Shown: positions 1 through 9,969 of the stretch, piece after piece
How the letters are laid out: the number at the start of each line of letters is the position of its first letter
How positions within the stretch are numbered: the first letter of the stretch is position 1
From: Octopus sinensis
Lineage: Eukaryota
Reading direction: 5' to 3'
Length of the DNA: 64,000 bases
Assembly: GCF_006345805.1 (NCBI RefSeq)
Contig: NC_043005.1
Coordinates: forward strand, 89,466,001 to 89,530,000
Notes under the pieces: generated by a model
What the model was told of the DNA's origin: nothing
The model's database searches: none
Seen by the model: the letters and a program-made list of their open reading frames with translations, nothing else
Position numbers and translations under genes: made by a program

Positions 1-2
1 AA

Positions 3-1358
3 CAAGAGGTTGAGCACCTAAAGTCTGTTGTTGCTCTCTTACTGAATAAACAGTCTCCTGTTGACGCAGAGTCACCCTTGATTTCTTCCCTGGAGACATC
101 CAAACCGAAGGGAACAAAATCGAGGCGGCCAAAGAAGGCGAAGGAACCGGCGGTCGTTTCTGCACATGATCGTTCCCGTGCGGATTCTTCCTCATCTGCC
201 TTTTCGGTCCCGGAGGTTCCCCAACCTAATTTGAGGAGCGTAGACTCAAACCCACCTGAAGACCGTTGTTCTCCCCAAAAGAAGAAACGTCGTCAAAACT
301 CCAGTGGGGCGGATTTAGCTATGAAACCTGACCACGATAAACGGTCTCCTGTTGACGCAGGGTCACCCTTGATTTCTTCCCTGGAGACGTCCAAACCGAA
401 GGGAACAAATTCGAAGCGGCCAAAGAAGGCGAAGGAACCGGCGGTCGTTCCTGCACATGACCGTTCCTGTGCGGATTCTTCCTCATCTGCCTTTTCGGTC
501 CCGGAGGTTCCCCAACCTAGTTCGAGGAGCGTAGACTCAAACCCACCTGAAGACCGTTGTTCTCCCCAAAAGAAGAAACGTAGTCAAAACACCAGAGGGG
601 CAGATTTGGCTATGAAACCTGATCATGATAAAATCTGTTTGGATTCTCCTTCACTTGTCCTTCCCATTAATGCCATTGCTCAACCAATTCTGAACGATCT
701 CGATGTGGGTTCATCTGGGGAGTGGTGCTCCCCCAAACCGAAGAAGAGGCAGTGCAGTTCCAAACCAGGCGGGAAAATTATGACCACTAAATCCATACTG
801 ATCGACCCCACAGGCCGACATAAGTCCGATGGCTATGAAACCACCCTTTCGAAATCCTCCAATGAAGAATCGAATACCGCAGCTCATAGTAGAGAACTTT
901 TTGCCCACTCAAGATCGGCAATAATATATGGCAAGGCTGAATCCACCTGTGATACAGGCATAAACCGCCTAAAAGATGACATTAATTTTGTTTCCGTTTT
1001 GGTTGGAAAATTGTTCTCTGTGAACGAAAATGTCAGTGTTCTTAAGGTCGCTCGGCTAGGAAGATTCCAAGTGAACCCAACCGCAGATTCTAGACCACGC
1101 CCAATAGGGGTAATCTTTTCTTCTGATCGGGAGGCTTCAGTCTTTCTGAACAGAGCTCAGACGCATGCCTGGGAGGACCCCAATATGGGTTTTCGCGAGG
1201 AATACTCACTAAGAGAGAGAATTCGCCGGAGGAACCTGATATCCGAGCTAAAGATGAGGAAACAAATGGGAGAGAAGGGTTTACGAATCCAAGATGGACA
1301 GATAATCAAGTCCTACCTCTGGTCCCATGCTGTAGTGCTGACAGGGAAAGTGATGTGA
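3..1358 (+). CDS. LINE ORF1 protein (partial; frame open from window start), low-complexity repeated N-terminal part plus CR1-type RRM/C-terminal region
   Basis: Frame is open from position 3 (QEVEHLKSVVALLLNKQ...) to TGA 1356-1358. C-terminal IIYGKAES...VARLGRF...RPRPIGVIF...RERIRRRNLISELKMRKQMGEKGLRIQDGQII is typical of CR1/L2 ORF1. Confidence 0.85.
   Translation, partial: QEVEHLKSVVALLLNKQSPVDAESPLISSLETSKPKGTKSRRPKKAKEPAVVSAHDRSRADSSSSAFSVPEVPQPNLRSVDSNPPEDRCSPQKKKRRQNSSGADLAMKPDHDKRSPVDAGSPLISSLETSKPKGTNSKRPKKAKEPAVVPAHDRSCADSSSSAFSVPEVPQPSSRSVDSNPPEDRCSPQKKKRSQNTRGADLAMKPDHDKICLDSPSLVLPINAIAQPILNDLDVGSSGEWCSPKPKKRQCSSKPGGKIMTTKSILIDPTGRHKSDGYETTLSKSSNEESNTAAHSRELFAHSRSAIIYGKAESTCDTGINRLKDDINFVSVLVGKLFSVNENVSVLKVARLGRFQVNPTADSRPRPIGVIFSSDREASVFLNRAQTHAWEDPNMGFREEYSLRERIRRRNLISELKMRKQMGEKGLRIQDGQIIKSYLWSHAVVLTGKVM
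53..632 (+). repeat. 291-bp (97-codon) in-frame tandem duplication inside ORF1
   Basis: GTCTCCTGTTGACGCAG at 53 and again at 344; both units end ...ATGAAACCTGAYCAYGATAAA; peptide SPVDA..PLISSLETSKPKG...ADLAMKPDHDK occurs twice. Confidence 0.95.
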
Positions 1359-4242
1359 GGGCAAATCGAAGTGAAGTTGATACCCCCGTCAACGATGCTA
1401 TCTCTGATGCCCTTTATTCTGCTTGTTCCCCAACTCCCGCCCCTCAGACTTCACAGCTCAGCATCGTCTACACCAACTCGTGCTCCTTATTCCCAAAGTT
1501 CAGTGAACTATTTACACTGGCCCTACGCGACTCCCCTGATGTGATAGCTATCACCGAGACTTGGCTGACTCCAGCAGTAAAGGACTCAGAGATCCACCTG
1601 CAGGGCTACGTCCTTTTCAGATGTGACAGAGGAAAAAGGCGAGGTGGAGGTGTTGCTGTGTATGTTAAGTCTGAGCACAAACCATCCTGCGGTATTCTAC
1701 CCACAAATGCTCAACCTACAACCAAATTCGATGCTGTCTATTGCAAGCTGAGCCTATCTGAGTTTTGCCTGCCCGTGTTGGCTGTCTACAGGCCGCCTCT
1801 AGCCGACCCCCAGGATGATGCTCATCTACTCGAAGTGATAAGATTCGTTTCAGCTTCGCATGACTGCTTGGTACTAGGCGACTTCAACGCTCCCACGATC
1901 GATTGGCCCGCATCAATTTGTACAACATCTTCCCGGTTCGGCCCGGCCCTTCTTGACGTGGCTGAAGATTGTTTTCTATCGCAACATGTTGAATATCCGA
2001 CAAGGCATCGGTCTGGGCAGCAGCCATCTATGCTAGATCTGGTATTCTCCCGCTATCCAAGATCAGTGTCAGACGTATCTGTGTGCGCCCCTCTTGCCAA
2101 GAGTGATCATGCGGTCCTGAAGTTCGTCATGCACACAACTTTTTCCACGCCCACGATTACTTCGCTGCCACGTAGAGTCTTCTCTGCAATTAATCTTGAA
2201 ATTCTAACCGAGGCTTCCGCGCTTCTGGACTGGCGTTCCCTGATGACGTTGTCCTCAGTTGACGAACTATGGTCATCCCTCAAAGCATATGTAATCTGTT
2301 TGACTGACCAGGCAGTTCCCGTTGGACTTCCCAAGAGGAAGAAACACAAGCCCTGGGTGATGAAGAAGGTTAAACGAGAACGTCGACTCAGAGATATTGC
2401 TTGGGCTGAATTCAAAAATCTGGATTCGACTGCAGCTTTTGAGGTGTACAAAACTCAACGAGACCGAGCCGTGAAAATTGAAAAGAAAGAACGCTTCAGT
2501 TATGAAAACAAAATCGCGGCAAATGCCAGTAGCAATCCAAAAACCTTCTTTGCCCATGTCCAGCGGAATTCCCGCTTGAACAACATGATTGCAACGTTGG
2601 TAGACTCAACAGGCGTATCGATTGAGGACCCTTATCAACAGAGTCAATTATTTGCCGAGGCTTTTTCAACTATTTTCAAACAAGATGATGGTCGTGAACC
2701 CCCTCCATTTGATAGATCGGTACCTCCAATGCTTCGATTGATCATCACGCGGGACCAAGTCAAACGTGTTATTCAAGGCCTCGATGTCAACAAGGGTCAC
2801 GGCCCTGACGACATACACCCACGGGTTATCAAAGCGTTGGCTCCGGTCATCTGCGAGCCCTTAACACGACTATTCAATATGTCATTGGCGACGGGTGTTA
2901 TACCTGCAGACTGGAGAACAGCGATAATCTGCCCAATTTTCAAGAAAGGGAGCCGCGAAGACCCGCTTAACTACCGACCGGTTTCCCTTACATCAATAAT
3001 CAGCAAGATGTTCGAAACCATCCTTAAGAAAAGTATGATGCTCCACCTCCTAAACACAGCCTCGATCACTGATTCCCAACACGGCTTCATGCCGAAGAAT
3101 CATGCTTGACCAACTTACTAGTAATGGAAGAATTGGTGACGCGCATCCTCGATGATAGTGATGCTGTTGACATCGTTTTATTGGACTTTGCCAAAGCTTT
3201 TGACTCGGTAAACCACCGCCTACTACTTGTCAAGCTTCAAGCATATAGTTTCCATCCGGATATTGTACGATGGGTTGGTGCCTTCCTCTCAGATCGCTCC
3301 TTCCAAGTTCAAGTTAATGGTTCGCGGTCCGACGTCTCCAGTGCGAGCAGTGGCGTGCCTCAAGGTTCAGTGCTTGGGCCCTTGTTGTTCTTAGTCTTCA
3401 TAAATGACTTGCCCGACGACCTCACGCAACACACCCTTCTATTTGCCGACGATATCAAACTGGTCGCTCCTCGCGGTAGTATAGAGGATCTTCGGCGATG
3501 CCTCCACCAAATTTGGAAGTGGTCTAACGATTGGGACCTGTGTCTGAACGTGTCAAAGTGCTGTCATCTGCCTGTCGGCTCTACTCCTGCAACTCAACTT
3601 GATTTCGAGCCGGGTCGTCTGCTGCTGGAGAGGACCGATCAGGTAAAGGACCTGGGTATCTTGGTGGATTCCTCCTTTTCGCCTTCGGCCCAGTGCGTCC
3701 ATGCTGCCAACAAAGCGCACGGAATTCTGTTTTTGATCCGACGGTCATTCGGAATGCTCACAGCAGCCATATTCCTGCCACTCTATGTCACGCTGGTGAG
3801 ACCCATATTGGAGTATGGGATTCAAGCCTCTTCTCCTTATCTCCTCAAAGACATACAGCACCTCGAAAGAGTCCAGAGGCTGGCTACCCGCATGGTTCAT
3901 GGTCTCAAAAATTTGTCCTACGAAGAAAGGCTGAGGACGCTCGACCTTTGTTCTCTTGAAAAACGCCGCTGCCGTGGTGATCTCATTCTTGCCCACAACA
4001 TCATAAGCGGGAAGTGTAACCTCTCGAAAGAGCTGTTCTTCACTCCTGCTCCGGAGCGTCGGCTGCGGGGTCATTCCGAAAAGCTCTACCTGCGACGATT
4101 TCATCTCAATCGAAGGAGAGGAGCTTTCTCCGTCCGGGTTGCGGATCCGTGGAACAAGCTGCCAGACGAGATGGTGAAGATGCCGACGACCGCTTTGTTC
4201 AAAGCCTCCCTGGACCTCAAGTGGCCTGAACTCTTTACATGA
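1355..4242 (+). pseudogene. LINE ORF2 (apurinic endonuclease + reverse transcriptase), split by a 1-bp deletion at ~3097
   Basis: APE motifs YTN, IAITETWL, GGGVAVYV, LGDFN, LDLV, SDH. RT motifs NYRPVSLTS, QHGF, LDFAKAFDSV, GVPQGSVLGPLLF, LFADD. QHGFMPK|NHA* plus next-frame SCLTNLL rejoin to QHGFMPKRSCLTNLL by adding one base. Confidence 0.93.
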
Positions 4243-4408
4243 ACACCACCCTGTACTTAACTCCATGTCCCCCTACATGGCCTTGCTATTTGCTTTTGAG
4301 CCAAATTAACTAACTAACTAACTAACTACAATTTCCATTTGATTGTGATTTGATTTGATTTTGATGAATGTATGTGTGTGTTTGTAACTGGCTCCTATAA
4401 ATATACAA

Positions 4409-4460
4409 CAAGCTTCTTTCAGTTTCTGTCTGCCTAATCCACTCTCAATGCTTTGGCTGG
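4409..4460 (-). mobile_element. SINE family A fragment
   Basis: GCTTCTTTCAGTTTCTGTCTGCCTAATCCACTCTCAATGCTTTGG matches the reverse complement of the family A body (compare 27911-27960). Confidence 0.7.
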
Positions 4461-4835
4461 CTAGGAACTTTGGCTGGCTGGGAACATTGGCTGGCAGGGA
4501 ACATTGGCTGGCTGGGAACATTGGCTGGCTGGGAACTTTGGCTGGCTAGGAACTTTGGCTGGCTAGGTACTTTGGCTGGCTAGGAACTTTGGCTGGCTGG
4601 GAACATTGGCTGGCTAGGTACTTTGGCTGGTTAGGAATTTTGGTTGGCTAGGTACTTTGGCTGGCTAGGAACTTTGACTGGCTGGGAACATTGGCTGGCT
4701 AGGTACTTTGGCTGGCTGGGAACATCGGCTGGCTAGGAACTTTGGCTGGCTGGGAACATTGGCTGGCTAGGAACTTTGGCTGGCTAGGTACTTTGGCTGG
4801 CTGGGAACATTGGCTGGCTAGGAACTTTGGCTGGC
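4451..4835. repeat. 17-bp minisatellite, ~22 copies, consensus CWTTGGCTGGCTRGGWA
   Basis: Direct reading: ctttggctggctaggaa / cattggctggctgggaa / ctttggctggctaggta units. Confidence 0.95.
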
Positions 4836-5032
4836 ATACTGACATCTGACAGCCTGTAGCAACTTCAAGTCTCTTCTGTTACTGTTTAAAATAGTTCTTG
4901 TTCTTCTGAATTAGGAGTTTGTCTCTTTATAAAAAAGTCCTTATTCATAAATTCTACAAATTTCTAAAGATAATGTAAAACTGCAAAAGTAGGGAAAACA
5001 AAACCGATCCCTAAACATACTTTTATCAATTG

Positions 5033-5073
5033 ACTAGCATTATGACCCGTTGTTACCGGGTCATAGTGCTAGT
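5033..5073. repeat. 17-bp-arm hairpin ending in CTAGT on both strands (Helitron 3'-terminus-like)
   Basis: ACTAGCATTATGACCCG-ttgttac-CGGGTCATAGTGCTAGT, one mismatch. Confidence 0.75.
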
Positions 5074-5185
5074 GCATGTATATATGTGTATATATATGTG
5101 TACATATTATATGTACATCTATATATATATACATCTACACATAAAATACAAAGTTATATCTTGATATCGCTAGTGATAACAATAC

Positions 5186-5550
5186 TCAAAATATATAATA
5201 GACTGGAATTGTAGGCCCGTCTCTTGCAATTTTGATCAATTGTATCTTGCCCTCCCTCTTGTATAGAAGTATGGCTACAATCCAGTCTACATCTACTTCT
5301 GGGGGGACATTTTCAATTTTTATCCGGGACGTCCTACGTCCCAGATATAAAGGTAAAAATAAAATATTTCCACTTTGCAAGCTTCGAGTCGAGTACTCCC
5401 TTGCACGCTCCGTTGACTCGATCCTTGCTTCTATTGTGGCGAATTTACCGCCTCTAGTTAGATATCTTTCATAGTCGCACCAAGACACTTTTCGATGGTG
5501 CTTTCCTCCAGGTGTTCAACTCTTTCTTTTTCTCTACATTGTATACTTTA
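5186..5550 (-). pseudogene. Frameshifted fragment resembling a retroelement ORF1/gag-like N-terminal domain
   Basis: Protein-like RVEHLEESTIEKCLGATMKDI/YLTRGGKFATIEAR...FLPLYLGRRTSRIKIENVPPEVDVDWIVAILL across two frames; no splice context. The family assignment is inference only. Confidence 0.4.
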
Positions 5551-6104
5551 TAGAATTTGATGAGTGATGGTCATACCTGTATTAAAAAAGAATGAGGGCA
5601 AACACTTATGCTCTTATTTGGAGTTAGTCCTTATTGAGAGTTACTGCTATAAGAGATGGGGGCCAGAGAATCACCCTTTTTAACATCAACTACTTTATAG
5701 AGAGCATTAAGTGCATTTTATCACAACACCGAGGGCCATCTTAATATTATAGACCCTGGGCAATTTCAATGCACTGGGTCCTACAGTAGGTACTTATTGA
5801 CAGTAAAGTGCAGGATACATAGATCAGAATTGGGACCCTAGACTCATGAGGTCTCTCAGGTAACTGCTCACTGTATAAACACCTTAAACCAGTACTGGAC
5901 TGGCATTTTGAAAGTTGTCCAGTTCTCAACAAAACCAAAAAGTTTTCCTTACCGTTTTCCCTACTTATTTTATAACATGATGCTTTAATGTCCCCGTTTT
6001 TGGTGTGTGTGTGTGTGTGTGTGGTGGTGGGGGGGGGGGAGTGAAGGACAAATGGTGAAGTAACCCTTTTACAATACTCCTAAAGAAACACTGGCTTTCT
6101 TTGA

Positions 6105-6240
6105 ATTAATTTTCTCTGAGATCAACCTTGCCTTTCATTCCATTGGGCTTGATACAATAAGTACCACTTGAATACTGGGGTACATGTAATCAACTAAGCC
6201 CCTCCTCTGAAATTGCTGGCCTTGTACTAAAATTGAAACC
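6105..6240 (+). mobile_element. SINE family C 3' fragment
   Basis: TTGCCTTTCATTCC...AATAAGTACCAC...ACTGGGG...AAATTGCTGGCCTTGTACTAAAATTGAA, as in the copy at 38264-38470. Confidence 0.7.
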
Positions 6241-6245
6241 AGTCT

Positions 6246-6600
6246 GCCTGAGACTCCACCCCTCCCCAGTTCCATGATACAAACTTTCCTGTTTTAAAGG
6301 AATCTAAATGGAAACCTCCCACCGAAATATGTTGATTTGTATTCCAAACACTGGCTTAACCAACAATGACTAAGTTATTTTATTAAGTTCTTTGCTATTT
6401 TCAAAAGCAATTGAAACAAAGGTGGTGGACTCCAACAAATATGGTAACTGAAGAGTCATGGCTGGTATTTGGAATTTAGTAAAATAACTTTTTATTACTG
6501 ATACCAACCAATTAATTAACATTTTTGATGGAACGTTCTAATTTAGACCACTTTAAAATAGAAAGTTTGTATCATAGAACCAGAAGGGGTGGTCTCAGGT
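6246..6600. mobile_element. Two inverted copies of one MITE-like repeat forming a long imperfect inverted repeat
   Basis: CCTGAGACTCCACCCC...CATGATACAAACTTTCCTGTTTTAAAG (6248 onward) versus CTTTAAAATAGAAAGTTTGTATCATAGAACCAGAAGGGGTGGTCTCAGG (ending ~6599); AAGTTATTTTATTAA pairs with TTAGTAAAATAACTT. Confidence 0.75.
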
Positions 6601-6915
6601 GAGTCGGCATCAAATGTGTGGAATCTCAGGACGTTGGATCTTATACATAAGATTCAGTAGAAAGGCAATGCTGTTATATACCAGTGCGGACCATGTTAGC
6701 AGGGAAAAAACCCCAAACAAAACAAACCTTAAAATGACAATGAAAACAACAAATAACAGTAATGATGACGACGATGCATAATGAATTATTAGCCTTAGGT
6801 GACTTGGTGCCTTAGTGTTTTCCGCTTCAGCTACAGAGAGAAGAAAATGGATCATGGACTGAAGTTATAGAGCTGTAAGTATTCAATATGGATTGGTTAA
6901 AATTAAGGCTGAATA

Positions 6916-6918
<3 letters not shown>

Positions 6919-6969
<51 letters not shown>
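6919..6969. repeat. (AG)n microsatellite
   Basis: Direct reading. Confidence 0.98.
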
Positions 6970-6973
<4 letters not shown>

Positions 6974-8339
6974 GTTCAAGCGAAGACAGAAGTGTTATGG
7001 GGTCGAAAGTGGGGTGAGGCATAGCAAGAGGAGGGACAAACAGGTGTGTCGAGGGATATTGAGAGAGAATGCTACACATAAACTATAGTAGCAGCAGTAG
7101 TAGTAATAGTAGTAGTAGCAACAGCAGCAGCAGTTACAGGACGCAACCTGATGATGAACCAGTAGTTGGCGAAAATTAATGAGTGCAGCTAGCTTATCTG
7201 TCAGATGGCTCGAGGGTGTGATGTGTCGTCTACCTTTGCGCCCAGTTCAAAGAAATCGTTATTTCTGCTACAAATTAAAAATTTAAGGAATTCCTCCCTT
7301 AAAAACGCAAAACGTGTATATTCTCTCCCACTTAATGGGAGTTGATTTAAAACCTTGCTTTGTAGACACAACACCACGTCTTCGTTTTGATTAATGCCCT
7401 ACAGACAAAAGACAGGAGTAGGCAAGCGTGCCCCCACCTCCTTTTGCTTGTAGCTATAATGCACTTAATATCTAAGTAATATATTTATATTTATTAATCT
7501 AAATCATCATCATTATCATTTTACGTCTGCTTTCCGTGCTTGTTATCTGTAGTTTCGCACTATTTGCGATCCTTTGCATTTTTTACTTTCTTTCTTTCAG
7601 ACGGCAAAATGACGAATCTTTTTGTTGCTCTCCAAGATTGCATATATAACCGCAAACTGAATAATTAACACGGATTCAATCACCAGTTTCAAGCGAAGAA
7701 TCAACTTGACATCTATAGAATATTCTTTCTTTCGTTGCACTTAACAAACACACATGCATGAAGATCCTGTGCACCAACAAGCAAAACTCAGAGTAGCAAG
7801 AGACAGGCTAAACTAAAATAAAATATATTATTAATCCTAACTACAGTATTGAGTACTCTTTTTTGCCGATAGTCCGTACAAAAGGTGCGTGGTGCGCGCG
7901 TGTGTATATATATTATATGATGTCCTATAATTATATATATATATATATATATATATAACACATCAAGTACAGGACATCTCTCTCTCTTTCTATATAGATA
8001 GATAGATAGAGAGAGAGAGGCGCGTACATTCACATACAGACTTATGTATGTGTGTGTGAGAATATGTGTATGTATTAAAGATAAGTGTTATGCTTCCCTC
8101 AGTTTTTAAGTATCAATTAAAAGTCAAGAACTATAGGCTTGGTCTACCTAATATAATAAATTACTACTACAATTGATACTAATAATACTAATGATAATAA
8201 ACAAAACTACTGCTATTATTATTAATAACAAATATATATATTTATATAAAATAAAAATACGAAAGAAACAAGTTAGAATTTGTAACATTTATTGTTTTTC
8301 GACACAAATTGAAAAAAAAAAAGGAAAAAAAGCTATAAA

Positions 8340-9923
8340 CAAAAGATACTGAAACAAACCTGCCTTTCCCACCCTTAAATATGTACCCGCAAAATTAAGA
8401 AATCGAACTGATGAGTTTGTTGTATCACGTCGTGGCTTCCATAGTAGAGAAAGGAGGAGGGGTATTTGATAGCAGCAGCAGCAGCCTGGTGAAGTATCAG
8501 GCCTTTCAACAACAACAACAACAACAAGAGGATGAAAAAAAGAGAGAGAGAGAGAGAGAGAAAGCAACCAAAGAGGCCTCTCCCTCAGTCTTTTAGATAA
8601 TACCAGCTTTATTTCCTCTCCCTCTCTTTCTCTACATTTATCTATCTTTATTTCGCGCTCTCTCTACATATATCTATCTTTACTTCTTATTTCTCTGTTT
8701 ATTTTAACGCCCTCTCTCCACATATCACCCTCTTTCCACATCTGTCTATCTTTATTCTACCCTCCCTCTTCATATACAGCTGTCTTCAGTTCACCCTTTC
8801 TCTCTCTAGTCTATCATTACTTTCCCCCCTCTCTTCATCACTTTATCTTTATCCCACCCCCACTTTACATCTAGTTTCACTCTACCCGCTTCTCTTTACA
8901 TCTATCGCTCTTTACTTTAACCCCCTCTCTCTCTACATATGCTTCTTTACTTCACTCCTCCTCCCTGTTTACATTTCTCTCTCTCTTTCCCACTTCCACT
9001 CACACTCTTCAGCTTCACTTGCACTCCAAGCAAAAATGGTGGACCCTTAGCGTCAGCACAGACGGAGACACTGACAGAGGGAGACGAAAAATAGCATAAA
9101 GGTGAAGAAATCGAGGATATGTAAGAGACAATAATGAACCAGCAGGAAGAACTTGATAAGCTGAACATTCCTAATCTATCGGATATTCCAGAGACTGGGT
9201 CGAAACCCCGAAACCAACCGAAAAGAAAAGACCTACTGTTTGACGGGGCTAAGAAGAATGGGAAGTAAAGAGTTACCGGACAAGAGTGCTTTGTATAATA
9301 ATAATAATAACAAGAAGAAGAAGAGTTATAATGGTGATGAAATAGTAGTAGACCTACTTCTCTACGACTGGTGTTGGTATTGTTCTTGCTTCCGCCGCCG
9401 CCAAACCATTTCCACAGCAAGACGAAGTAGATAGTATCTAATTCTTATTATTATTGTTATTATTTTAAGAAAGGGACCAGATTTGTGTTGGCCTTTCACT
9501 TTTGGTGATCCGTTTTCCTTCTTTCTTTCATTCTCTTTTCTTTCCTCTACAAACGGTCATTCAATCTTTGTGTGTGTGTGTGTGAATGAATTAGAAAGAA
9601 AAGAGAAAGTGTGAATGGGAGAATAATTGTATATTTTGGTAAATATATTATTGTCTAGATATGTGATTAATTGGAACCTTGTTCTAGTAGTATGTGAGTG
9701 TTTGTGTGTATATATTTATATGCATACATATATGTAAATTGTATGTGTAGTTATTTAGAACGTTGATATATTAATAGGGTTTGTGAGTTTTATCTAGATA
9801 TTTAAAAAAAACGCCAAGGCGTTAATAGTGTTTGTGTGGATATATATATATATATATTATATAGACTGTTCCGTTAACATCTACATCAACATAATTGTTT
9901 TCCTTGGTGTGTGAACGTGTATT

Positions 9924-9969
<46 letters not shown>

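Larger units (their letters stand above)
1..4328 (+). mobile_element. CR1-clade non-LTR retrotransposon (LINE), 5' end outside window, short 3' UTR and (TAAC)n tail
   Basis: ORF1 followed by an APE-RT ORF2. CR1-type C-terminus (ERLRTLDLCSLEKRRCRGDLI...RGHSEKL...RVADPWNKLP). Tail AATTAACTAACTAACTAACTAACTA at ~4304-4328. Visibly more GC/CpG-rich than the flanks. Confidence 0.95.

Noticed and set aside
1351-1358. TGATG stop-start coupling for ORF2
   Set aside because: The ATG (1353) is ORF1's last codon and is not in the ORF2 frame.
2107-4266. Antisense and alternate-frame ORFs inside the LINE
   Set aside because: Shadows of the GC-rich ORF2 with no motifs.
4304-4328. Telomeric repeat
   Set aside because: (TAAC)n is the LINE tail, not TTAGGG/TTAGG.
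4451-4835. CRISPR-like regular array
   Set aside because: Contiguous 17-bp units with no unique spacers; eukaryotic context; no cas genes.
5731-5782. Possible DNA-transposon terminus AGGGCCATCTTAA..
   Set aside because: No matching opposite end or TSD found, so not annotated.
8289-9434. ORFs 8289-8567, 8411-8596, 8947-9420 and 9240-9434 as genes
   Set aside because: Dominated by simple-repeat translations with non-ATG or weak starts; no homology recognised.
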